Below, piece by piece: positions 48,473 through 57,990 of a stretch of 64,000 nucleotides of DNA. The notes beneath the pieces were generated by a model, which had not been told where the DNA came from, did not search any database, and saw only the letters and a list, made by a program, of their open reading frames with translations. A program made the translations under genes and the position numbers. This DNA is from Clostridia bacterium (GTDB lineage Bacteria > Bacillota > Clostridia > Oscillospirales > CAG-272). Position 1 is the stretch's first letter. Each line of letters starts with the position of its first letter. The stretch is taken from assembly GCA_017547655.1 (NCBI GenBank), contig JAFYPF010000015.1, positions 56,922 to 120,921 on the forward strand. Direction: 5' to 3'.

Positions 48473-49456
48473 TTATAACAAGTTCTTTCTTAAGGTTGCA
48501 CCGTCAAGCGGAGAAAGGTATGCAGGGGGAATATCAAACAACGTCTTGCAGCCTATCTGTCCTTCTTTGTGGAATCTGTATGCCGCACGTGCGCATGCAA
48601 CAAGTACACTTGCAGTAAACTCGGGGTTCGAATCAAGTTTCAACGAATACTCAACAACGTGTGTCGATTTTCCGCCGTTGGTCCTTCCCGTTCTTATAAC
48701 AAAACCACCGTGCGGAATTCCAGAATGGTCTCTTTCAAGTTCTTCCTCGGTTATGAAATTAACGGTCGTATCATAGTCGGCAAAGTATGCGGGCATTTCC
48801 TTTATCTCTTTTTCAATTCTCGCCTTGTCAGCGCCCTCTTCTGCAACCACAAAACATTCTCTCGTATGCTTTTCTCTTGTTGTAAGAACAGGATTTTCAC
48901 CGTTTCTTACTCTCTCCAATGCCCTTTCCACAGGGATAGTATATTGCTTCGCGTTCTTCACTCCATCTATTCTGCGTATAGCGTCGGAGTGCCCCTGACT
49001 TACGCCCTTTCCCCAGAAAGTATACGTTTCGCCAACAGGCAAAATAACACTTCCGTAAAGACGGTTCAATGAAAACATTCCGGGATCCCACCCAGCCGAT
49101 ATAACACTGACAAAACCGCCATTTTTCGAGGCTTTATCAACATTTTCAAAGTGCGTCGGTATCATAGAATGGTTATCAAAGCTGTCAACTACGTTAAAAT
49201 ATTTTGCAAATTCGGGAGTCTGCACGGGAAGGTCTGTTGCACTTCCTCCGCATATTATCAGAACATCTATTTTGTCCCTATAATTCTTTATATCGTCAGT
49301 ATGAAGTACGGGAACTCCCGCTGTATTTATCCTTACACTTGACGGATCACGTCTTGTAAATACCGCTTCAAGAGTCATATCTGCATTGTCCTTTATTGCG
49401 GCTTCTGCTCCCCTTGCAAGATTTCCGTAACCAACTATACCAATTCTTATGCTCAT
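48473..49456 (-). CDS. ddh: meso-diaminopimelate D-dehydrogenase
   Basis: 327 aa. GIVGYGNLARG Rossmann start, plus WDPGMFS and GVSQGHSDA motifs typical of Ddh. Confidence 0.85.
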   Translation of the reverse strand: MSIRIGIVGYGNLARGAEAAIKDNADMTLEAVFTRRDPSSVRINTAGVPVLHTDDIKNYRDKIDVLIICGGSATDLPVQTPEFAKYFNVVDSFDNHSMIPTHFENVDKASKNGGFVSVISAGWDPGMFSLNRLYGSVILPVGETYTFWGKGVSQGHSDAIRRIDGVKNAKQYTIPVERALERVRNGENPVLTTREKHTRECFVVAEEGADKARIEKEIKEMPAYFADYDTTVNFITEEELERDHSGIPHGGFVIRTGRTNGGKSTHVVEYSLKLDSNPEFTASVLVACARAAYRFHKEGQIGCKTLFDIPPAYLSPLDGATLRKNLL

Positions 49457-49574
49457 TAAAAACCAAACCTTTCTTTGCCTTTTTGTATTACTTTATATAC
49501 AAATTGTTTTTCCATTATTCATATATTTATTTGCCTCCGAATACAATGTACAAATTCATATCGGAGGAAATTTC

Positions 49575-50252
49575 ATGAAACCACTTATAGGCATTACACC
49601 ACAATACGACAACTATCTTGGTATAAATAAAATCTCTCCATTCTACGCAAAAGCGGTAGAAGAATCCGGCGGAATTCCTTTTATATTGCCATATACCAGA
49701 AACAATTCTGTTATAGAAGAAACCGTAAGCCGTCTTGACGGTATCATATTTTCGGGAGGCACTAATATAAACCCTCAAAAATACGGAGAAAATCCCCAAG
49801 CCAACTGCAGAAATATTGAATTTGAAAGAGATATTTTCGAGCTTACCCTTTGCAAATTCGCCACCGATTCAGACAAATCAATCCTCGGTATCTGCCGAGG
49901 CTGTCAACTAATTACGGTTGCTGCTGACGGAACACTGAATCAGCATATCGAAAACCACGACCAATCCGCCGACAAGCACGTAACAAGCCATTCTGTTAAT
50001 ATTATTCCTGATACTCCGCTACAAAAAATACTCGGCGCAGATATAACCGACGTCAACAGCTTCCACCACCAAACAGTTAAATCTTTGGGAAGTCTAAAGG
50101 TTGCCGCGCAAAGTGATGACGGTACTATTGAAGCCGTATATGCTCCGGGGAAAAATTTTCACCTCGGAATTCAATGGCATCCCGAAAGAATGTACTCAAC
50201 CAATATTCACGCAAAGCTTATCTTCGACAGCTTTATTTCCTCATGTTGCTGA
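49575..50252 (+). CDS. class-I glutamine amidotransferase, peptidase C26 (gamma-glutamyl-GABA hydrolase-like)
   Basis: GICRGCQL nucleophile elbow and QWHPE. The ATG at 49575 follows GGAGG. Confidence 0.8.
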   Translation: MKPLIGITPQYDNYLGINKISPFYAKAVEESGGIPFILPYTRNNSVIEETVSRLDGIIFSGGTNINPQKYGENPQANCRNIEFERDIFELTLCKFATDSDKSILGICRGCQLITVAADGTLNQHIENHDQSADKHVTSHSVNIIPDTPLQKILGADITDVNSFHHQTVKSLGSLKVAAQSDDGTIEAVYAPGKNFHLGIQWHPERMYSTNIHAKLIFDSFISSCC

Positions 50253-51144
50253 GCTTTGTTAAATCGAGTGCAGGCATCTTTACGTTTATTGCCCTCGGTA
50301 CTATAGAAATGTCTGCAACATCTCCATAAATAACTTCACCATCAACTCCATATCTGCTGATGTTTTTCACTGTCATTCTTGTACACTGGAAATACGTCAG
50401 CTTTTCTTTATATTTATCGTAAACTTCACAGGTAGTTTCGTTTACGTGTTTACCTGATCTGTAATCACCTACAAGTCTCAAAAACATTGGTTTACTCATA
50501 TTGTTTATAACCATAGCGTCAAAATAACCGTCATTCAATACAGCAGTGGGAGCGAACTTAAATCCACCTCCGCAATATTTTCCGTTACCGACACAGGTCA
50601 TAAGACATTCGCCGTTAAATTCAAACTTCTCGCCGTCTCTCTTGGTAAACTCTATTTCAAAATTCTTTCCCAATTTTCCGGAAAGAACCTTAACAATCCC
50701 TGCTATGTACCCTAAACTACCCGACGTTAAAAAGTTCTTCTTGACTTTATCGGTCTCAACGACAACATCGCAGTCAAAGCCTATATTAACAGAGTTTATA
50801 CCGTATCTGTCATTTATTTTCAGTACGTCAACTTTACCCATAAACTTTTCATTCTTTGAAAAGTTTCGTACAAAATCATTTCCCGAGCCCTTCGGAACAA
50901 CCGATAGGAAACATTTTTTTGCCGCTTCTTCTCCTGCCGACATTATTCCATTTACAGCCTCACTTACAGTTCCGTCTCCGCCATAAACCGTAAAATGAAC
51001 CTCGGGATCCTCTAAAAGTGTTTCGGTTATAAACCTCTCCATATCATGAGGCCCTTTTGTTTCATACACTTCAATATTTTCAGGGATATATAAATGCGCC
51101 TTTAACATTCCTGCCGCAGGGTTAAGAATATGTATTTTTCTCAT
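50233..51144 (-). CDS. diacylglycerol/lipid kinase family protein (YegS/DagK-like)
   Basis: VYGGDGTVSEAVNG ATP-binding motif and PKGSGNDF. Confidence 0.8.
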   Translation of the reverse strand: MRKIHILNPAAGMLKAHLYIPENIEVYETKGPHDMERFITETLLEDPEVHFTVYGGDGTVSEAVNGIMSAGEEAAKKCFLSVVPKGSGNDFVRNFSKNEKFMGKVDVLKINDRYGINSVNIGFDCDVVVETDKVKKNFLTSGSLGYIAGIVKVLSGKLGKNFEIEFTKRDGEKFEFNGECLMTCVGNGKYCGGGFKFAPTAVLNDGYFDAMVINNMSKPMFLRLVGDYRSGKHVNETTCEVYDKYKEKLTYFQCTRMTVKNISRYGVDGEVIYGDVADISIVPRAINVKMPALDLTKLSNMRK

Positions 51145-51270
51145 ACTTTACCTCTGTTATTCCACAGCCGTACCAATGGTACTCTACTTATAAAACTAAC
51201 TGTGTTATTCTACCACCTTTTTCGCCAAAAATCAATATCTTTCGAAAATTAAGTTAACCAAATAAAATAG

Positions 51271-51892
51271 CTTGACGATCGACATTACAATCTTGTAGCC
51301 TACGTCGTTTTACTTGAGTGTATTTTACCCTTTATTCTTGTCTTTGAGGGAAGAAAACCCAAGCCTAGAGAACTTGTTACAATTGCCGTTCTTTGCGCTA
51401 TAGGTATTGCGGGCAGAAGCCTATTCTTTATGCTTCCGCAATTCAAGCCCGTACTCGCACTTACCATTATTTCGGGTGTCGCTTTTGGTGGTGAATCAGG
51501 ATTTTTAGTCGGAGCAGTTACAATGCTCACCTCAAATATGCTGTTTTCACAAGGGCCTTGGACTCCATGGCAAATGTTTGCAATGGGAATTATCGGTTTC
51601 CTTGCAGGAGTACTTTTTTAAAAAAGAGTGGCTCATAAGAACGCGACTTTCTCTCGCTATATTCGGGGCGTTTACCGCAATCATTATTTACGGCGGAATA
51701 ATGAACCCTGCCGCAGCATTTATGGTATCTTCCGAGGGCATAACTCTAAAAACCTTATTTGCTTATTACATTACGGGTTTGCCTATGGATCTTGTTCATG
51801 CATTTGGTACAGCGCTTTTTATTTTAATTGCCGCAGAACCTATGCTTGAAAAAATGGATCGAATAAAAGTTAAATATGGAATAGTAGAATAA
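51271..51892 (+). pseudogene. ECF-transporter S-component-like membrane protein remnant (no start codon, frameshift at T6A6)
   Basis: Two abutting frames (51271-51621 and about 51617-51892) together read as one membrane protein (FGGESGFLVGA, SNMLFSQGPWTPWQM, then KKEWLIRTRLSLAIFG). The switch is in TTTTTTAAAAAA at about 51610-51621. No ATG/GTG/TTG lies in frame before 51430, although the frame is open and homologous-looking from 51271. Confidence 0.55.
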
Positions 51893-51894
51893 AA

Positions 51895-51941
51895 AAAGCA
51901 CAAATTTGTACGAACCTCATACAAATTTGTGCTTTCATTTT
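51895..51941. terminator. bidirectional terminator
   Basis: AAAGCACAAATTTGTA...TACAAATTTGTGCTTT, flanked by A7 and T-rich runs. Confidence 0.7.
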
Positions 51942-51943
51942 TC

Positions 51944-52630
51944 CTATATTACCGAAACTTCTATTACCGTCAATACATTTCCGTCTACTGCAAACTCTAT
52001 ATTATACTTGGCAAACGTCATTTTATATATGCGATTTTCGTCATCTTGATATGATGGACGCGGATCATCGGCAAGACAGTCAATAATCGGCTGTCTTTTT
52101 TCTTCTTCTATTTTTTTGAGTATCTTCTCTTCTAGCACTACATCGAGTTTATGCCCCGCTTCTCCGTCAGCATATCCACCTCGTGCTTCGGGTATCAAGT
52201 CGGAAAAAGGCAAATAAGGCTTTATGTCATATATAGGCGTACCGTCAAGCAAATCTGCTCCACCAACGTTCAATACATATCCGTTTTCTTTTTCATATTC
52301 AACCGAAATAAGCTCCACACATGACAATCCCAAATTATTAGGTCTAAATGGCGAGCGACTCGCAAAAACTCCCACCCGTCTGTTTCCTCCAAGTCTCGGA
52401 GGCCTAACGGTAGGAGACCACTCCTCCCTATGAGCAAGAGAAAAATCAAATATCAGCCACAAATGCGAAAAACTTTCTATCTCACGCAGTGCCTCTTTTT
52501 TTCTGTACTCCGGCAAAAAAACTATCTTAGCTCTTAAGGACTTTACCCTTCCGCTTTGGCGCGGTATTCCGAATTTCTGTGTAAAATCCGTCTTTATATA
52601 CGCTATAGGCTTTATTTTTATTCCGTCCAT
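51944..52630 (-). CDS. trmO: tRNA (m6t6A37) methyltransferase TrmO/TsaA
   Basis: KPIAYIKTDF, FGIPRQSG, and SRSPFRPNNLGLS motifs. The ATG at 52630 follows GGAG. Confidence 0.85.
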   Translation of the reverse strand: MDGIKIKPIAYIKTDFTQKFGIPRQSGRVKSLRAKIVFLPEYRKKEALREIESFSHLWLIFDFSLAHREEWSPTVRPPRLGGNRRVGVFASRSPFRPNNLGLSCVELISVEYEKENGYVLNVGGADLLDGTPIYDIKPYLPFSDLIPEARGGYADGEAGHKLDVVLEEKILKKIEEEKRQPIIDCLADDPRPSYQDDENRIYKMTFAKYNIEFAVDGNVLTVIEVSVI

Positions 52631-52681
52631 AATTCTTTTACTCCGTAGCAATTCAAGGTGTGCACTGCTCTATTTAATCAA

Positions 52682-53590
52682 TTATATATTACGGCTATAG
52701 TATATATTGCCATCCTTTGCTGTCTCAATCAATCTGCCTTCATCAATCAAATAACCAATAATGGCAGCAATGTTGTTAGTTATTCCGTTAACCTTTCTAA
52801 AACTGTTGAGATCTCTGCCGGTCTTTTTTAAAAATATAGCAACCATTTCGGCTTTCGTAACCTCTCCCTCAACAAGCTGTTCTACAAATGCTGCCTTTTC
52901 AAATATATTATTTCGATTTTTTTCGGCAAGCTCACAAATATCGTCAACAACCTCATTGTGTGCTAAAATATATTTGTCATAATCGGTTTCCAAAAGTTTG
53001 TCAATAGATTTCAAATTCTCCTCGGGACAAGTGCAATAAGGAATACTTATGCTTTCAAGTAATTTATTGCTGAGAAGTTGGTCTGCAATATACGCCACAT
53101 TATCAGGAGTAACAAACCCCATTTGTTCGGCACAATGCCCCGGAAGCTGTATAATGCCGAATGTAACACCGTCAACTGTAACCGAATCAGCTGTCCAATC
53201 AATAATCTCATCAGGCATATAAAAACATTTAGTTTTCTTTATAGCGCTATATGTTAATTTCCCGGATGCAATAGTCATAAAATTTAACGGATTGGCAAAA
53301 GCCGCCGCCGCAAAAAGCGAAGTGTATATCTTCGTACCAAACTGATTACGCATATTCACACTATTTCCAATGTGGTCTATGTGAAAATGAGATATCAACA
53401 GCGAGGTTATTTTTATTTTTTCCTCTTGCAATAAAGCTAATATACCCTCCCAATCTATTGGAGGCCCCGAATCTATCATAATTGCATCTGTTTCATTTAT
53501 CTTATATACCGGAATACGACATCCTCTGGTAACAATACAGTACGTATTTCCTTTTACATGCTCTAAATACGGTTTTATATTATCAATCAT
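52682..53590 (-). CDS. MBL-fold metallo-hydrolase with a C-terminal helical/winged-helix-like extension
   Basis: HFHIDHIG (HxHxDH), and downstream His/Asp ligands (LPGHCAE, YILAHNE). The ATG at 53590 follows AAAGGAG. Confidence 0.8.
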   Translation of the reverse strand: MIDNIKPYLEHVKGNTYCIVTRGCRIPVYKINETDAIMIDSGPPIDWEGILALLQEEKIKITSLLISHFHIDHIGNSVNMRNQFGTKIYTSLFAAAAFANPLNFMTIASGKLTYSAIKKTKCFYMPDEIIDWTADSVTVDGVTFGIIQLPGHCAEQMGFVTPDNVAYIADQLLSNKLLESISIPYCTCPEENLKSIDKLLETDYDKYILAHNEVVDDICELAEKNRNNIFEKAAFVEQLVEGEVTKAEMVAIFLKKTGRDLNSFRKVNGITNNIAAIIGYLIDEGRLIETAKDGNIYYSRNI

Positions 53591-53603
53591 ATATGTAACT
53601 CCT

Positions 53604-53640
53604 TTAAAAAACAAATAAGGGCTTGCGGAGGCAAGCCCTT
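53604..53640 (-). terminator. terminator closing the thiolase/SDR operon
   Basis: AAGGGCTTGC-CTCC-GCAAGCCCTT followed on the minus strand by ATTTGTTTTTT. Confidence 0.65.
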
Positions 53641-53657
53641 ATGGAGAATACTGGAAA

Positions 53658-54404
53658 TTAGAGGCAAAGTGCGCCGCCGCTTGCAACGATAGTCTGACCT
53701 GTTACCCAGCTTGAATCCTCTGTGCAGAGGAATGCAACGATTGCAGCCAATTCATCGGGAGATGCCATACGATTCATAGGATGACGAGCTACAGCTGCAT
53801 TGAACTTATCTTCACCAACTGCACGCATCATATCTGTATCAATGTAACCGGGAGCTACACAGTTCATACGAACGTTCTTACGTCCCAATTCTTTAGCCAT
53901 TGTACGAGTAAAGCCCTGCATAGCAGCCTTTGTTGCAGAATAGTTAGCCTGACCAGGGTTACCCATCAAAGATGTAGAAGAAATGTTAACGATAGAACCG
54001 AATTCCTGTTCTCTCATCAACGGTACAACGAACTTACAGAGGTTGTACATACCGTTAAGGTTGATGTTAATAACTGTATGCCATTCGTCATCTGTCATCT
54101 TGTGGAAAATACGGTCACGAGTTACGCCTGCATTGTTAACAAGAACGTCTACTCTTCCGAAAGCTTCAACAGTAGCGTCAACAGCTGCCTTTACCATATC
54201 TGAATCAGCAACGTTACACTTAAATGCGATAACCTTCTTGCCTGTAGGATCAAGTTCCTTTGCTGCTGCTTCAGCAAGAGCCAAATCCCATTCAAAAATA
54301 GCAACACCTGCAGCTTCTTCTTCCAAGAAACGCTTAGCAATAGCCTTACCAATGCCCTTACCTGCACCGGTAACAATACAATACTGACCTTTCATGTTTT
54401 TCAT
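53658..54404 (-). CDS. SDR-family 3-oxoacyl-thioester reductase (SDR-A)
   Basis: TGAGKGIGKAIA, NNAG, and the catalytic S...YSATKAA. FabG/PhaB-like, 248 aa. Confidence 0.85.
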   Translation of the reverse strand: MKNMKGQYCIVTGAGKGIGKAIAKRFLEEEAAGVAIFEWDLALAEAAAKELDPTGKKVIAFKCNVADSDMVKAAVDATVEAFGRVDVLVNNAGVTRDRIFHKMTDDEWHTVININLNGMYNLCKFVVPLMREQEFGSIVNISSTSLMGNPGQANYSATKAAMQGFTRTMAKELGRKNVRMNCVAPGYIDTDMMRAVGEDKFNAAVARHPMNRMASPDELAAIVAFLCTEDSSWVTGQTIVASGGALCL

Positions 54405-54450
54405 AATAAAAGTCTCCTTTAGAAAATATTATTTATTTTGGTTGTTTTTT

Positions 54451-55224
54451 TTATTTGTTTTGAAAATTAGGCTTTCTTTTTTCACGCAAAGCACGAATAC
54501 CTTCACTAACATCCTGCGAACCGGAAACAATTCCGTTACATTCATTCTCAAGATATAACCCTGCCGCAAATGCATCGTGACGGAAACCGTTGAAAATCTT
54601 TTTAGCAGCGGTAATCGATTTAGGAGCCCTCTCGGCAATAAGATGAGCTAATTCCAACGCCTTGTCAATCAGCTCTTCCGAAGGATAAACCTCTTGCACC
54701 ACGCCGTAACGCATCGCTTCTTCTCCCTTAAGACGAGCAGCCGTATAGAACATTCTCTTTGCGTTAGCCTCTCCAATAAGCCAAGGCAAACGAACCATTC
54801 CGCCGTATCCCGCAATCAAGCCGAGATTTGCTTCAGTCAAACCGATACTTGCAGTTTCGGATGCGTAACGAATATCACAGCACAATGCCAACTCCAAACC
54901 TCCGCCCAAACAGTGACCGTCAATAGCGGCAATAATAGGAAGTCTGCAGTTTTCAATGCTGTTGTAAATATTATGTCCGATAATGGTATTTGTTCCCTTT
55001 GGAAATGTACCAAAGGTATTAACGTCAGCGCCTGCGCAAAAGCTTCTCTTGGAACCGGTCAACACAACGGCACGCATAGTATCGTCATCAGACAACTCCT
55101 TAAAAGCATCCCTTAACTCAAACATTAAGTCGGGTGTCATAAGGTTTAATGGGGGGTTGTTCAATGTCATCAAAACAACGCCGTCTTCAAACCTCTCCAT
55201 AGTTAATAATTTGTATTCCTTCAT
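54451..55224 (-). CDS. enoyl-CoA hydratase/isomerase (crotonase 2, canonical)
   Basis: Both catalytic Glu positions are present (GGGLELAL and GLTEANLG), with oxyanion-hole FCAGAD. The ATG overlaps the stop of crotonase 1 (ATGA). Confidence 0.85.
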   Translation of the reverse strand: MKEYKLLTMERFEDGVVLMTLNNPPLNLMTPDLMFELRDAFKELSDDDTMRAVVLTGSKRSFCAGADVNTFGTFPKGTNTIIGHNIYNSIENCRLPIIAAIDGHCLGGGLELALCCDIRYASETASIGLTEANLGLIAGYGGMVRLPWLIGEANAKRMFYTAARLKGEEAMRYGVVQEVYPSEELIDKALELAHLIAERAPKSITAAKKIFNGFRHDAFAAGLYLENECNGIVSGSQDVSEGIRALREKRKPNFQNK

Positions 55225-56027
55225 TTCAATGTCTCCCATCTCTTGAATGGTTCCATATCAAATACAGGCTCTCTATGGCCAAGTTTTGCTCGAGTAAGCT
55301 CTGCACGGTTAGGATCGGGACCTAACAACTCGTTATTTCCGCGTTCACGCATACGAGATGACAAGTCAACTACATCGTACTGTTCAAGCTCACCCTCGGT
55401 AATAACCATTTTAGTTGCCCACAATGCAGGAGGATAAGATTTAGCAATCTCTCTCGCAACTTCCATAGCAGCATCAAAAAGCTCTTCCTTGGGAACAACC
55501 TTGTGAACAACACCCCAACGCTCCATTTCTTGAGCGGTAAAAGGTTTTGCTGTATAGAAATGGTAACGAGCTACCTTGTCGGGTATAACTCTCTTCAACC
55601 AGAAAGGACCGCCTACTGTACCAACGCTGATTTCGGGGAAGCTAAACAATGCATCCTCGGATGCTACGATTACATCCCCCAAGCTCGCATATGCAAATCC
55701 CATACCGATTACGTAACCATGAACTGCCGAAACAATCGGAACACGGCAACGATACACTGCATTAAACGATGCGTCAATAGTAGGATTAACACGCTTACGA
55801 AAATCGGGGTCTTTAGACTGACCGGCTTCCTTTAAGTCGTGTCCTGCAGTAAAACAACGATTCTCTGCACGTAAAACCACACAGTATACGTCTGTACGTG
55901 TATTCAAAGATTCAAAAATCTCACGAATAGCAATACGCATAGATTCGCAAACTGCATTTACGGGAGGACGGTCGAGTGTTACAATGCCTATATGGTCTAC
56001 GACCTCAAACTTAACATATTCGCACAT
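55221..56027 (-). CDS. crotonase-fold protein (crotonase 1, non-canonical active site)
   Basis: Crotonase fold (FTAGHDL, VHGYVIGMG). The position of the first catalytic Glu reads GMGFAYAS, so there is no Glu. The second is retained (FPEISVG). A roughly 45-aa C-terminal extension follows. Confidence 0.8.
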   Translation of the reverse strand: MCEYVKFEVVDHIGIVTLDRPPVNAVCESMRIAIREIFESLNTRTDVYCVVLRAENRCFTAGHDLKEAGQSKDPDFRKRVNPTIDASFNAVYRCRVPIVSAVHGYVIGMGFAYASLGDVIVASEDALFSFPEISVGTVGGPFWLKRVIPDKVARYHFYTAKPFTAQEMERWGVVHKVVPKEELFDAAMEVAREIAKSYPPALWATKMVITEGELEQYDVVDLSSRMRERGNNELLGPDPNRAELTRAKLGHREPVFDMEPFKRWETLK

Positions 56028-56039
56028 AACGATTACTCC

Positions 56040-57200
56040 TTAATCGCAGTTTTCGAACAAAGCCGCAATACCCTGTCCGCCGCCTACGCAGAACGTAATA
56101 GCGCAACGTTCGCCGCCCTGACGCTTAAAGATACCTGCTGCCTTTGCAGCCAAGTTAATACCTGTTGCAGAATAGGGATGACCAAGCGCAATACCGCCAC
56201 CTCTGATATTAACCTTGTCTATATCCAAATTAAGCTCTCTGATAACGCCCAACGTCTGAGCTGCAAATGCTTCGTTACATTCAATGAAGTCCAAATCCGA
56301 AAATTCCATCTTATTGCGCTTCATCAAGTTTTTCATAGCCTCTACAGGTCCAAGTCCCATATAACGAGGATCAATACCTGTTACGGTAAAGTCAATAAAT
56401 CTCATCAAAGGCTTAAGTCCCTTAGCGCGAGCCAATTCTTCATCCATCATAACTGCACATGCTGCGCCGTCATTCAAGGGAGAAGCGTTACCTGCGGTAA
56501 CAACACCGCCCATTACAGGATCCAGCTTTGCAAGTCCCTCAAGAGTAGTTTCCGGACGGAACATTTCGTCTTTATCAACAACTATAGGATCAGCTTTCTT
56601 CTGAGGTACTGTTATCGGAACAATATGTTCTTGATACAAGCCCTCTTCATACCCCTTAGCTGCGAGCATCTGGCTGCGGTATGCATATGCGTCACATTCC
56701 TCACGGGTAATACCAAGCTTATTAGCAACGTTTTCCGCAGTCTGTACCATTTCGGGGTTACCGTAAGGCTGTACAGGGCTGGACAAAAGGGTATTAATGT
56801 AGGGTGAACCACCGGCAAAAGGGCGATTGTTGTGGAGGTAATAAGCGGGACGAGAGTCCTGTTCAACGCCTCCGCATGTATAAATCTCACCAAAGCCCCC
56901 CTTAATCAAAGCGCCTGCAGTAGTCAAAGCCGCAAGGCCTGTACCGCAACCGCGGTTAACGGTGAGACAACCTGTATCCACGCTACCGTCGGCAGTCAAC
57001 CAAACGTAACGGGAAGGGGTTAAGTAAAAGGGAATGTTACCCCAGATATTTTCTTCTACTTCTTCAGAAGTAATCTGCGCTCTGCTCAACGCTTCTTTAA
57101 CTACGGGAGTAGATAAATCCAAGCGCTGCAACGTCTTAAATACACCGCCGCGCTTTCCTACGGGAGTTCTTACCGCAGAAACAAGTACTGCATTTCTCAT
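56040..57200 (-). CDS. thiolase (acetyl-CoA C-acyltransferase), copy C
   Basis: NRGCGTGL (nucleophilic Cys), NEAFAAQ, GGGIALGHPYSATG, and FCVGGGQG. The ATG at 57200 follows GGAAGGAG; the longest ORF starts with a GTG at 57233. Confidence 0.88.
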   Translation of the reverse strand: MRNAVLVSAVRTPVGKRGGVFKTLQRLDLSTPVVKEALSRAQITSEEVEENIWGNIPFYLTPSRYVWLTADGSVDTGCLTVNRGCGTGLAALTTAGALIKGGFGEIYTCGGVEQDSRPAYYLHNNRPFAGGSPYINTLLSSPVQPYGNPEMVQTAENVANKLGITREECDAYAYRSQMLAAKGYEEGLYQEHIVPITVPQKKADPIVVDKDEMFRPETTLEGLAKLDPVMGGVVTAGNASPLNDGAACAVMMDEELARAKGLKPLMRFIDFTVTGIDPRYMGLGPVEAMKNLMKRNKMEFSDLDFIECNEAFAAQTLGVIRELNLDIDKVNIRGGGIALGHPYSATGINLAAKAAGIFKRQGGERCAITFCVGGGQGIAALFENCD

Positions 57201-57225
57201 AATGCTTTCTCCTTCCTTTTGGGGA

Positions 57226-57972
57226 TCAGACACACATTCTGCCGTCAGTTACGATAATTCTTTCGCCATTAACGAATGAAGAATCATCACTGGACAAGAA
57301 CGCGATAACGGAAGCCAATTCCTCAACCTTGCAAGCACGGTTTCTGGGGAATGCTGCCATTTTTACCTTCAAAATTTCGGGCGGAATAGTCTTAATCATA
57401 TCTGTATCAACCGCTGCGGGACATACAGAGTTTGCGGTGATATTATACTTTGCACATTCCTTAGCGATAACTCTGGTCAAACCAATTACGCCGTATTTAG
57501 CTGCTGCATAATTGCTCTGTCCGAATGCGCCGCCAAAGCCCATAGAAGATATATTTACAATCTTACCATAATCCTGCTCAATCATATCGGGAAGAACCTT
57601 TTTGCAGCAGTAAACCAAGCTAGTCAAGTCAACTGCCAAAACCAAATCCCAATCCTCAACAGGCATATTTATAATCGTCTTATCACGAACAATACCTGCG
57701 CTGTTAACCAAAATATCGATTCTGCCAAATGCTGCCTTAATTTCATCAAAGCAACGATCTACATCATCATAATCGGCAACATTACACTTAAATGCAAAAG
57801 CGCGTGTTCCTGTAGGATCAAGCTCCTTTGCAGTAGCTTCAGCCGCTTCCAAGTTCATATCAACAATTGCTACCTTTTCAATGCCGTCATCAAGAAAACG
57901 TTTAACGGCACCGGCACCAATTCCCTTTGCAGCACCTGTAACAACTGCAAATTTTCCAGTAAAGTTACTCAT
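57226..57972 (-). CDS. SDR-family reductase (SDR-C)
   Basis: TGAAKGIGAGAV, NSAG, and S...YAAAKYG. Paralogous to SDR-A; both share AKELDPTG...AFKCNVAD. Confidence 0.85.
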   Translation of the reverse strand: MSNFTGKFAVVTGAAKGIGAGAVKRFLDDGIEKVAIVDMNLEAAEATAKELDPTGTRAFAFKCNVADYDDVDRCFDEIKAAFGRIDILVNSAGIVRDKTIINMPVEDWDLVLAVDLTSLVYCCKKVLPDMIEQDYGKIVNISSMGFGGAFGQSNYAAAKYGVIGLTRVIAKECAKYNITANSVCPAAVDTDMIKTIPPEILKVKMAAFPRNRACKVEELASVIAFLSSDDSSFVNGERIIVTDGRMCV

Positions 57973-57990
57973 AATCTTATTCTCCTTCCC

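Noticed and set aside
55992-56807. A 271-aa plus-strand ORF antisense to thiolase C. Similar ORFs lie at 58024-58704, 53781-54387 and 54694-55116.
   Set aside because: These are shadow frames of well-supported minus-strand genes. Their translations are Cys/Ser/Asn-rich and motif-free.
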